From contig CP128822.1 of assembly GCA_051546255.1 (NCBI GenBank), positions 419,278-439,277 on the forward strand: a stretch of 20,000 nucleotides of DNA. The letters run 5' to 3'. The stretch is from Meyerozyma guilliermondii (Eukaryota). The position numbers and the translations under genes are program-made. Below the pieces are notes generated by a model. That model did no database searches. It was given only the letters and a program-made list of their open reading frames with translations, and was not told the origin of the DNA. This document shows positions 10,853 to 20,000 of this stretch, one piece after another; within the stretch, counting starts at the first letter, position 1, and the number at the start of each line of letters is the position of its first letter.

Positions 10853-12094
10853 TTAGCTCCTATCTATAGTATCATTGAGGAACTTTGCCGCCCGCTTGAT
10901 ACCAAAGTATTTTTCATCCAAGTCTGCATACCCAAGTTTAAGACCTTTAGCCTCGGCTGCATTGATTTTACTCATGACAGGGTTTTCGAAAACGAATACA
11001 GCATCATGTATACCCCATGGTTCAACATAGACATCGGTTCGGCAATGCTTAGTATCTCCATCCCGATGGAAATGGTGAATTCGAGGATCATACTTTCCCT
11101 CTGAGTTCCCATAAAGGACAGCCGAGAACAAAGGAACATCCAAAACTGCCTCTGCCCATCTTAGAGCTTCGTCTCTGAGCGACTCATCTTCACCACATAC
11201 CATGAATACGCTATGGTTGGCATCTTTATAGCAGTCGATGTCCCAATCTGCTTTGTTAATTGGATGTTGAGCCGGACAGTATATTGGGTCACTACGATCA
11301 ACCGTTCCAAAACCTTCCTTAAGCATATCGCCTTTAAAAGCACCAAATCTGATCATATCTCGCTTTTCATTCTCGTAATATGAACGAGTGGGCTGCCAAT
11401 TGTCGTCAGTAGGTTTAATGTCAAGCCAAGGACTAATAAGAATTAATGCTGTTGGCTGAACCAAAGTGCTCCCACTTTTCTTCAAGTACTGGGTGTACCC
11501 AACAGCCAAGTTTCCTCCTGCTGAATCTCCACACAAGATAATATTTGTGCTTCCAGCCTTTACTAAAGCTTCATATGTTTCATGTAACTGGTTCAATTGA
11601 TGAGGAACATGGAACCCTTTTGATGTCAATTTGTAGTCTAGATGCAAAATGGACAATCTGGACTGAGCCTCAGGATCAAGAAGCTTGTATATAGCAAGCA
11701 TTGACACAATCTGACTTGGGGTTGTTTGCAAAAAGTAACCTCCACCATGAAGATATATTAATATTGGATCGGAGGGTTTCCTCTCAGGTTGCTTGACAAG
11801 CCAAAGAGAGTTGTTATCATGGCGGGTGCCGTATCCAGGAATCAGTTTTGTTTTAATTCTGTATAAAAATGGCACTAAATTGCCGATAATATAGTCGTTG
11901 GAAAAACTGGGTATATACTTGTAATCGGAGAATTTATATGCCAAGGCATCTCTAAAGATTGTCAATTTGAGGCAGGATTTCAAGTCATTATGGTATCTTC
12001 TGAAGGCAGGGAAGCCCAAGTAGTACAATATTATCACCCATAAAAGTCGAAATGGAAGGGTTGCAAGTTTGCCTATGGTGCCCGCTGAGAGCAT
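10853..12094 (-). CDS. Alpha/beta hydrolase (HSL/GDXG family), Say1 steryl-acetyl-hydrolase-like, 413 aa
   Basis: YLHGGGY oxyanion motif, GDSAGG nucleophile, LISPW, GEDESLRDE and WGIHD; N-terminal hydrophobic anchor. First ATG is at 12094 (the ORF track starts at a GTG, 12136). Confidence 0.9.
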   Translation of the reverse strand: MLSAGTIGKLATLPFRLLWVIILYYLGFPAFRRYHNDLKSCLKLTIFRDALAYKFSDYKYIPSFSNDYIIGNLVPFLYRIKTKLIPGYGTRHDNNSLWLVKQPERKPSDPILIYLHGGGYFLQTTPSQIVSMLAIYKLLDPEAQSRLSILHLDYKLTSKGFHVPHQLNQLHETYEALVKAGSTNIILCGDSAGGNLAVGYTQYLKKSGSTLVQPTALILISPWLDIKPTDDNWQPTRSYYENEKRDMIRFGAFKGDMLKEGFGTVDRSDPIYCPAQHPINKADWDIDCYKDANHSVFMVCGEDESLRDEALRWAEAVLDVPLFSAVLYGNSEGKYDPRIHHFHRDGDTKHCRTDVYVEPWGIHDAVFVFENPVMSKINAAEAKGLKLGYADLDEKYFGIKRAAKFLNDTIDRS

Positions 12095-13561
12095 ATTTTT
12101 CAAAATGCGGGGGAAATTGTGGGGTAAATTTTTCACGGGAAGTTCGCAGCTTTATAGTCGACAGTACATTGTACTCATTGTGCATATTACGTCATTCAAG
12201 AACAATGGAGCCTGGTCAGTTCTGAATTCGAACCCTATATGAAATTTTGGGAAACACAATATGAGATTTCGAGTACGAGTATAGTAGAATAATATGAGTT
12301 TGGATCCATCAATTCAGGTACATTTCGTGCAATTGACCCAATCGGTACAATACTACCCATGGGATTCTCAAAGCGAGGATGGCGTGCGATTGTCTTTGTG
12401 CTGCTGAACTAGGTTTCTGAACGTGACTTCTAGTTAACCAAGAGTATTCCGAATCAAAAGTACACTTTCAATTAATTTGAAATTTTGCAATTTCAGAAAA
12501 TTATACACTTTTCTCACAAAGTACCATAAGAGTGCTCATTTGACTAGTTTCCTTAGATGTAGTGCTCTGTTATTTGAGCATTACCTCACAATTGACTTTG
12601 AATTGGTGATCAAATCTTGCAACCAAATTTTGAAACATTTCATTCCAATTTGTTTCTGGTTGCAAACCTAAGCCACCGATAAGCGTATGGAATTAAACTC
12701 TATTTGTCCTTCTCATTAGCCCCCCCGGACTTATATTTTTGAAGCGTGAAGCAGCTTCTTTTGGAATTTCATCCTGGTTTTGTACTTGCTGCCTCTAGTG
12801 TTCCATGGCCTCTTGGTCCTTTTGTTGGAATTTGCCGTTCCTGGTACTTGCCTTCTTCCTCGTAGAATGACGATCGCAGAAAATTTCCGGTAGTATGCCA
12901 AGCTAGCTTTTCCCCTTAAAAGCTTCCTGATCGAGGTCTTGAATTTTTCACTGTGGGGGTACTTTAAGCTTTTGTTGTAATCTTTGCCATGGTTGGCGCA
13001 ATATGGCCGAGACGTTTTGCTGCAATCTCCTGCGCAGTGGCTGCATCATACACTCCTCGATCAATACTGCGCTGCAACAATATCATTCCCTTCGTGATCT
13101 TCGATATTCTTCCTTTTGGGTGTTTTGTTCTGTTCCAAGTACCATTGATCTCGCTGGGTGCGGCTCCGTTCACACGGCTAATAACAATTTAAGTATTTGA
13201 AAGCTATTATTGATATTATTGATAAAAGAATAGCTTATTGAATTGTAACTAAGTATTCTTTCAAGCCTGGAAACCTACAAACACATCATCCAATCAGTGC
13301 TGTGAAGTTGGAGCCGTGCGCATGTTTACGAGCCGAGCCGTTCATTTCTTGCAGCCGAGGCGTGCGCGGTTCATAAATGCGGTGTTGAAAAAGTGATATG
13401 GTTTGCAACCAGAAATTGTCTCCTCACACAAATGCGAGAGAGAGAAACGGCTTGGTCTAGTGTATAGTGGGATAGTGGAAGTAGACAAAAGTGGCTTTAC
13501 ATGCTGAAAAGAGGTGGTTTTGTGGGTTTTCATGCGGTGCTTAAAAGTACCCCAACTCCGT

Positions 13562-13573
13562 GGTCACGTGATA
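13562..13573. promoter_or_regulatory. Cbf1/Tye7-type E-box (GGTCACGTGATA)
   Basis: ~80 bp upstream of ATG 13651; identical to 1348-1359. Confidence 0.5.
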
Positions 13574-13650
13574 CAATTCAGGGTCCCGCGTTTCATTGCC
13601 GTGCGCCGCACTAAACTTTATATTAAGTGGGAGCGCCTAAAAGTCTAATA

Positions 13651-15760
13651 ATGAATCTTAATGACTTACCATGTGAGGTAATCACACGGTGCTTTTCGTA
13701 CTTGAGCACAAAACATCTCGTCAAAATATTACTGTTGGAGAACATTCCTGAAATATACTCCAAGCTGTAGCTGAGAATTGCAATAATTTATGGCATTCGA
13801 AGCAAGTTCGGGGGATCGATATAGGAACAATTGAAGGTACTGAAGGTATTGAAGGTACTGGAGTCTACAATGTAACGGACGTTGACCGGTTTTTACGAAT
13901 ACACAAGATTCTTGAAAAGAAGTCTCTCAAATGTCCTCTTTGGTTTCATTGTCGATGGGAGAACATTTTTAACATGAAGAAAGATCTTGATGAAATAAAT
14001 CTGGTTTACAATGGCCAAAAATTGGGCATTCGTGTTGACTTCAAAGACCCGGCGTTTCAAGTCTATCCTATTTTTTCAGATCATGATATTAATCTCAAAA
14101 TCACTTGCCTTTCATTGAATCCTTTTCCTGGATATTTCATCGACTTGAATGATTTCCCGAAATTGGAAACGTTTTATGGCGAATGCTGTGAATTAAGAGT
14201 TGACCCCTCTCACCCCAGCTTGAAGACCGTAATTCTCAACCTGGTGACTTTCAGCACATTACCGATTAATTTGATAAAGTTGTTCGCGATAAACTGCAAG
14301 ATTAGAATGATTGGAAACCATCCAAAGCTAGAAGCTCTCAAAGTGTTGTCTCTAAAAAGTACACAATTACATTTTGATTTCACCTCGCTATTCAGAGTAG
14401 TCTGGAACGATGATTTGAAACATTTTTCGTATACCATTCAATGGGATAGAGACGATGATGAATATCGTATGATAATGGAGGAGGATGAAGTCCTCACCAT
14501 GGTCGGTCCCCAAATGACAAGCCTTGGATTCCCAGATCCAATTTCTGCTAGGATTCCCACCCTGCTACGCTCATTATACTCCTTGTATGGTGGAAGCCTC
14601 CAAAATTTGACTACCTTTACCCAAATGAGTTCCCTTACATTATGGGAGCCATCGGGTGACATCAACGATTGTAAATTACCGCCCAACTTGATCAACCTTA
14701 CATTGCACAAACCACGAGGTATCATCGGCTATAATTTTTCTTTACCGGCCAGCTTGCGCAAACTTTCGATTCAGTGGGCTCAATTTGAAGACTTGGAAGA
14801 ATTCTTTCCACCTGAAATAGTCGACCTTGAGTTAGCTTGTTGTGAAATTGAACTGACAGACGAGTGGCTAAAACCAGCCCGATTGAAGAGACTTTCACTA
14901 GAAACTAATGCGGTTTTAACTTTTAAAGCGTTTCTTCCTTGCTGTGAACATTTGTGCTTGAGCGACAATTCTTTAACGGAACTTCAAATTGAAGCTCCCG
15001 TTCTTGAGTATATTAACTTGACTGGAAGTAATTTAAAAGTAATTCCCAAACTTCCCGACAGTCTTCAAGTACTTGTTATGAGATTCGGAGAGCTAGAACT
15101 CTCCCAGATATCTGAATTGCCTCCTAACTTAAAAGTTTTAGACCTCTTCAGTGGTGGAATTGGAGCTTTTCAAAACTACACATTCCCATCATCAATTCAA
15201 GAACTTCACCTTAAGTACTTGAACTTATCGTGTATGAGTGGAGTCAAATTCGCCAAGGGGTCAAGATTGAGAGAATTGGATATGGGATATTCTAACCTAA
15301 TGACAATCAACAATAGAATGATCGAGCTACCCCTCGGCTTGAATGAGCTAACGTTGTATGACAATGACTTGCAAAACATAGATGATTTGACCATACCGCA
15401 AACAGTTACATTTCTAGACTTAAGTTCTAACAAGTTCAGTTCATTGAAAGTTAAGTCCCATATTGAGACACTATCCCTTAAAGGAAATTCAGCATTATCA
15501 GGCCTTACGATACCAAAGGATCTGGAGCTAAGAGCCCTTGATCTCAAAGGACTGGACTTGATCAATTGCCACTTGATTTAGTTGGAGCTGAGAAAGTTAC
15601 ACAACTACGTCTAGGACGTGAGTTTAAATTCATTGAAGTTGCAAAGATGCCAGTCAATCTTCAGTTTCTAGAATACCCTGGGTTCAATGAAATCGGGTTC
15701 GATGAAATTGAAGGATTTCACAGGTATCCTAATACAAAAATTTGGAAACGTATTCTGTGA
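13651..15760 (+). pseudogene. F-box-like/LRR protein, copy 3 (two -1 frameshifts)
   Basis: ATG 13651 gives MNLNDLPCEVITRCFSYLSTK (missed by the ORF track). A 1-bp deletion at ~13751-13753 shifts into the frame of ORF 13974. A second 1-bp deletion at ~15566 shifts into ORF 15566-15760, whose tail EGFHRYP matches copy 2. Confidence 0.85.
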
Positions 15761-16219
15761 GTTTTCATATTATGGGTCGACGAGAAGAACAGCTAGAATA
15801 AATAGTCAAGCTGGTCACGGTGAGATTCAATGATTTCCGGGCTCAAAGGTAGATAAACCAATTTGTCGTCCTGGCTAGAAACCAGGAAATATTGTGGATT
15901 TTCTCATCCAAAAGTCTACAATAAACTTCAACCTACGGTACAAAATCCTTGAGCACAAAGGCTCTTCTTTCATATGTTAAAATGAATGGCAGGGGGAAGT
16001 TTATTGTCCCGACTTTACGAGATGCGATAACATAGAATCGAAATGAAGATCAGGAAACTTTCGATAAGTCTACTGTTTTCAAAATATAATATCGGTTCTG
16101 GTGCTTCTCAAGGAGTCTTGAAGGGTTGTAGATGGAAATGGTGCAAGATGCATACTACTAGCCTTGGAGAATTAGTAGTTACCCAACCTTGAATCAAGCT
16201 GATAACTAAATTTGGCCTT

Positions 16220-16381
16220 CAAGCCGTGCAATATGGTACTTTTGAGTATATTGTGGTCACCACGAAAAATGTCCGCGATATTTTCAAGGTGGAGGATTTC
16301 GTAGCACCACTTGTTTCGGAACCTTCCACCATCGTTTTGATTCAAAATGGAGTCGATATCGGTGCTGACGTTAACTTTTGA
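16220..16381 (+). pseudogene. Internal fragment of a ketopantoate (2-dehydropantoate) reductase, ApbA/PanE family
   Basis: Frame starting at 16220 reads QAVQYGTFEYIVVTTKNVRDIFKVEDFVAPLVSEPSTIVLIQNGVDIGADVNF*. It has the YIVVTTKN and IVLIQNG motifs of fungal ketopantoate reductases, with no start and no C-terminal domain. Confidence 0.75.
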
Positions 16382-16567
16382 AGTCATTGTAATGGTACTC
16401 TATGTGCCCTTTACGATATTCTAGACTGAAAAGTTGTGATAATGCAGCTAAACGACTTGAAGAGCTGGTAATCGACTGGAGCCCACTGGGCATTCAAATG
16501 AAATGGACCTGTATTGATAAGAAAATGCCTCGCGAATTTGCAGCCATTTTATAGTACTGGTGTACTG
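16372..16567 (+). repeat. Subtelomeric duplicated segment A, ending in telomere seed GTACTGGTGTACTG (16554-16567)
   Basis: Aligns with 19419-19615 through shared blocks AAGTCATTGTAATG, ACTTGAAGAGCTGGTAATCGACT, CCACTGGGCATTCAAAT and GCCTCGCGAATTTGCAGCCATTTTAT. Confidence 0.92.
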
Positions 16568-16580
16568 ATAAGAAAAGCAG

Positions 16581-17235
16581 AAGGAAATTATTGAGAAGAA
16601 TGATGGAAACGGAAAGTTTAAGGAATAAAAAGGGAGGAAAGCAGAATCTGTTATCGTAACGTCATTTTCAGGTGCTTTGACCTGCGGAAGCTACAACTTT
16701 TTCACGGCTCTTGGCTTGGCATTTTTCTTATATACTGAGCTTCGCAGTTTACCTTTGATTTAGATCACAATGGGGGAAAAAGTGGCTGAAGAAATTGTGG
16801 ATGAAAATATGACTGAGGACACTATGGCCGAATATCTGGAAACCGATTATAAACTCTCGGAAAAGAAGGAGACGACGTGTTTTTTTTTGACTTCTTTCCT
16901 CTTGTGTTGCGGCTGGTTCCCACCCGGCCTCTTTCGGACATCAAATGAGGATGCAAAGATTCCGGGTTACATCTGGTTCTTTTATGCAACTTTTCAGGTG
17001 ATCGGTATTGGGATATGGATCGACATCGTAATTTCTTCCATTCGATATTGTAATTCAAGGAGAATGATTGAAAATAATTTGTTTACGCTTTTTGAGCACC
17101 TTATTCTATGTATTGGGGTTTTCGGCTATTATTGCGTGACAGAGTTATACATCTATAAAGATTCTTTGACTTACTTTGTTCGTTTCTTATAGTATGGTGA
17201 GTGAAATTGAATAAGTTTACCTTTAGTATTTTTAT
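16581..17235 (+). repeat. Subtelomeric duplicated segment B (promoter + small membrane gene + 3' flank)
   Basis: Aligns with 18736-19389, including the identical TATATACTGAGCTTCGCAGTTTACCTTTGATTTAGATCACAATGGGGGAAAAAGTGGCTGAAGAAATTGTGGA. Confidence 0.92.
16770..17192 (+). CDS. Small membrane protein (140 aa), acidic N-terminus, 2-3 hydrophobic segments; paralogue of 18934-19344
   Basis: ATG, reading frame and protein are conserved between the two copies; the main indel is in-frame (12 bp). Confidence 0.8.
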   Translation: MGEKVAEEIVDENMTEDTMAEYLETDYKLSEKKETTCFFLTSFLLCCGWFPPGLFRTSNEDAKIPGYIWFFYATFQVIGIGIWIDIVISSIRYCNSRRMIENNLFTLFEHLILCIGVFGYYCVTELYIYKDSLTYFVRFL

Positions 17236-17668
17236 GTAGTAGGCCCCAAGATGCATAAATGCAGAAGCATATCAGGGATCCTTTCGGACGAGAAGTGTAT
17301 TTTAGGTTTCTCAAGCTGCTCGAATGTACTCAGAAGTCACCACCCCAATGTCTATAGATATATCATGTACCAAAACATTTTCAAAGATTGGCGAAGGTGA
17401 CCACCACACAGCTTTCCTACTTGTTGCAAAATCAACCGCACGGCTCGCAAGCCTCACGATATGAGGCTGTATGCATACGAAGGCTTTTACTGAGGTAAAT
17501 TGTACATGTAACATCAAAAGAACCACTATTACGCTAATAACTGAAATTTTATACACTGCGGTATAGATCACCTAATAGCACTTGAATACTTGAAGCAAGT
17601 GAGATCAATGAAAAGATCTCGAGACAAAATATTTCAAGTATTCTGCTTTTGATATTCGGGTGAATTGA

Positions 17669-18274
17669 ATGGATAGCCACTCCGCATGGGGACCTATCTA
17701 CCGTATGCAGTCCATGTTGCGACACATGGTTGCAAAAACTCCAGCTCTTGACACAGATATAACTACAACAGCTATGACCGAAACTTACGCCGAAACCTTT
17801 CATAGATGGAGAAGAAACGTAAAGCAAGGTTTGCGTCGACTTGAGTACTTCTTGGAAGAATTGAGAGATGCAACTAGAACAACTTTGCCCGAAACTGAAG
17901 CCGAAACTCATGTTAGATGGTTAGGATACATAACGCGAGGTGTGAGCTATCTCTTCCTTTATGGATACCCGCACGTTTCCCCTGAATTCTTCGCAATTGA
18001 TTTTGAAGCTCCAGATTATATCTGGTTCATGATTATCTTCATGCGTATGGTGCTTTTTTTAATCCGGTTATTTCCCCTAAGGGTTTCACGAGAACGAAGG
18101 AATCGAATGGGAACACCAGCGAGCAAAGTTCTTCATGGATTGAACTGGTGTCTTCTTCTTGGGAGCTTTGGGTTGTGGATGTGGGCTATCTGGAAATACT
18201 ACTGGGTCATGAATCCAACTGTAAATGATCTTTTCGCCATAGTTCGAAGTGTTATTTGCAGCGGGTACTCATGA
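17669..18274 (+). CDS. Hypothetical membrane protein (201 aa), two C-terminal TM segments
   Basis: ATG ORF with hydrophobic YIWFMIIFMRMVLFLIRLF and WCLLLGSFGLWMWAIW segments; shares PxYIWF and GxFG with the flanking small proteins. Confidence 0.7.
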   Translation: MDSHSAWGPIYRMQSMLRHMVAKTPALDTDITTTAMTETYAETFHRWRRNVKQGLRRLEYFLEELRDATRTTLPETEAETHVRWLGYITRGVSYLFLYGYPHVSPEFFAIDFEAPDYIWFMIIFMRMVLFLIRLFPLRVSRERRNRMGTPASKVLHGLNWCLLLGSFGLWMWAIWKYYWVMNPTVNDLFAIVRSVICSGYS

Positions 18275-18735
18275 AATAATACTGCATTATGCATCGATCC
18301 ACAAGCTAATTGCTCGCTCTCTCTCGTCTTCTAGCATAGAAATCTTGGATCGATAGCCAGAGTTTTTGGTATGCTAGGATGGAACTTATATAAGTAGAGT
18401 TATGAACTGGATCTTTTTTACGGTTCATCCTTCTAGATTATTACTATCCATCTTTAGTACAATAACAATTTGTCAAAGTTCTTTAGCCAGACTTATTAAA
18501 AACAGCGGAATGAAAAACAGACTAAGAAATAGCTTGGCAACTAATGCACTTTACAATTGACGTGGGGCAATAACCTTTTGTGTTTGCACGATCGGCGATC
18601 AGAAACCAAATATGTACCAATGTGGTCGCCGAAAACAGCAGCAATGTGCCTCAACTTTCGGCAGCCTCTCAAGTCTGGCGATAATCATGCGAACTCTGTC
18701 TATTACCAAGAGAAAGAATAAGGAATAGGAAGTAT

Positions 18736-19389
18736 AAGGAAATAATTGAGAAGAGAATGATGGAAACAGAAAGTATAAGAATAAATAGGGAGAAAGAATA
18801 GCAGAATCAGTTATCGCAGCGCCATTACCAGGTGCTTTGACCTGCGGAACCTACAACTCTTTCACGGCTCTAGGCTTGGCAGATTATTTAAGTATATACT
18901 GAGCTTCGCAGTTTACCTTTGATTTAGATCACAATGGGGGAAAAAGTGGCTGAAGAAATTGTGGAGGAAAAAGTGACTGAAGAAACTGTGGCCGAAAATC
19001 TGGAAACCGATTTTAGGCTCTCGGGTGAGAAGGAGACAAAGAGTTTTTTTTCGACTTTTTTCTTCTTATGTTGCGGCTGGGTACTTCCCGGCTTCTTTCG
19101 GGAAAGGATTCCAGTTTACATCTGGTTCTTTTATGCAGTTTTTCAGGTGATCGGTATTGGGATAGGGATCGACATCGTATTCGCTTCCATTCAGTATTGT
19201 AATTCAAGGAGAATGATTGGAAATAACTTGATTACGTTTTGTATGCACCTTATTCTATGTATTGGGATTTTCGGCTATTATTGCGTGACAGAGCTTTACA
19301 TCTACAAAGATTCTTTGATTTACGTTATTAAACACTTAAACTAGTAGATGGTCAGTGAGATTGAATGAGTTTATCTTTAGTGTTTGTAT
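18736..19389 (+). repeat. Segment B' (second copy)
   Basis: Direct repeat of 16581-17235. Confidence 0.92.
18934..19344 (+). CDS. Small membrane protein (136 aa); paralogue of 16770-17192
   Basis: MGEKVAEEIV...YIWFFYAxFQVIGIGI...FGYYCVTELYIYKDSL is shared with the 140-aa copy. Confidence 0.8.
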   Translation: MGEKVAEEIVEEKVTEETVAENLETDFRLSGEKETKSFFSTFFFLCCGWVLPGFFRERIPVYIWFFYAVFQVIGIGIGIDIVFASIQYCNSRRMIGNNLITFCMHLILCIGIFGYYCVTELYIYKDSLIYVIKHLN

Positions 19390-19418
19390 TTTGTCATGAA
19401 CTTGACATAATGAAATTC

Positions 19419-19615
19419 TAACTTGTCAAGTCATTGTAATGATCTCTATGGGTCACTTACTGAGATTCTAATCTAGAAGCTTATAATAATGCAACTAAGC
19501 TACTTGAAGAGCTGGTAATCGACTAAAATCCACTGGGCATTCAAATTAAATGGAACTTGTATTGATAAGAGAAAGCCTCGCGAATTTGCAGCCATTTTAT
19601 TGTACTGGTGTACTG
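19419..19615 (+). repeat. Segment A' (second copy), running directly into the telomeric array
   Basis: Direct repeat of 16372-16567; its seed position coincides with the start of the array. Confidence 0.92.
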
Positions 19616-20000
19616 GTGTACTGGTGTACTGGTGTACTGGTGTACTGGTGTACTGGTGTACTGGTGTACTGGTGTACTGGTGTACTGGTGTACTGGTGTA
19701 CTGGTGTACTGGTGTACTGGTGTACTGGTGTACTGGTGTACTGGTGTACTGGTGTACTGGTGTACTGGTGTACTGGTGTACTGGTGTACTGGTGTACTGG
19801 TGTACTGGTGTACTGGTGTACTGGTGTACTGGTGTACTGGTGTACTGGTGTACTGGTGTACTGGTGTACTGGTGTACTGGTGTACTGGTGTACTGGTGTA
19901 CTGGTGTACTGGTGTACTGGTGTACTGGTGTACTGGTGTACTGGTGTACTGGTGTACTGGTGTACTGGTGTACTGGTGTACTGGTGTACTGGTGTACTGA
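19601..20000 (+). repeat. Telomeric repeat array (TGTACTGG)n, 8-bp unit, 49 perfect units plus a final TGTACTGA
   Basis: Homogeneous 8-bp array with the G-rich strand running 5'->3' to the window end. Contains the GGTGT core of budding-yeast telomeres and matches the ACTGGTGT repeat of C./M. guilliermondii as I recall it. Confidence 0.96.

Noticed and set aside
12700..13200. Possible gene relic (overlapping 65-69 aa ORFs, coding-like composition)
   Set aside because: Multiple stops in the frames I read and no recognisable motif. tBLASTx would be needed.
349..19207. Numerous short antisense or off-frame ORFs (e.g. 349-771, 573-983, 4350-4631, 6603-6971, 10781-11104, 17549-17911, 19013-19207)
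   Set aside because: Shadows of real genes. Their recurrence among paralogues reflects the duplicated sense strand.
19400..19431. Inverted repeat ACTTGACA...TGTCAAGT at the B'/A' junction
   Set aside because: Only an 8-bp stem with no target-site duplication or transposase; compatible with chance.
19608..20000. 130-aa ORF (YWCTGVLV)n
   Set aside because: Translation artefact of the stop-free 8-bp telomeric array.

Overview
Right-hand chromosome end (subtelomere plus telomere-type array) of a budding yeast. The 8-bp repeat (TGTACTGG)n, i.e. ACTGGTGT, matches the repeat I recall for Candida/Meyerozyma guilliermondii, so this is probably a CTG-clade genome in which CTG reads Ser and the supplied translations would be wrong at CTG codons. 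In order, the window holds: an orphan coiled-coil gene; a phased array of Rap1-site-like 12-mers; a broken secreted-protein-like ORF; three dispersed F-box-like/LRR paralogues, each disrupted by an in-frame TAA and/or 1-bp deletions, interleaved with an MDR1/FLR1-type MFS pump (PDRE-like sites upstream) and a Say1-like GDSAG esterase; a ketopantoate-reductase fragment; a small membrane-protein family (two close copies and one probable distant copy); and 400 bp of telomeric repeat. The most striking structure is a ~0.87-kb duplicated unit present in permuted order (A-B ... B'-A'). It carries a 14-bp telomere seed, and the telomeric array begins exactly at that seed in the distal copy. All calls are by-eye motif recognition; no searches were run.
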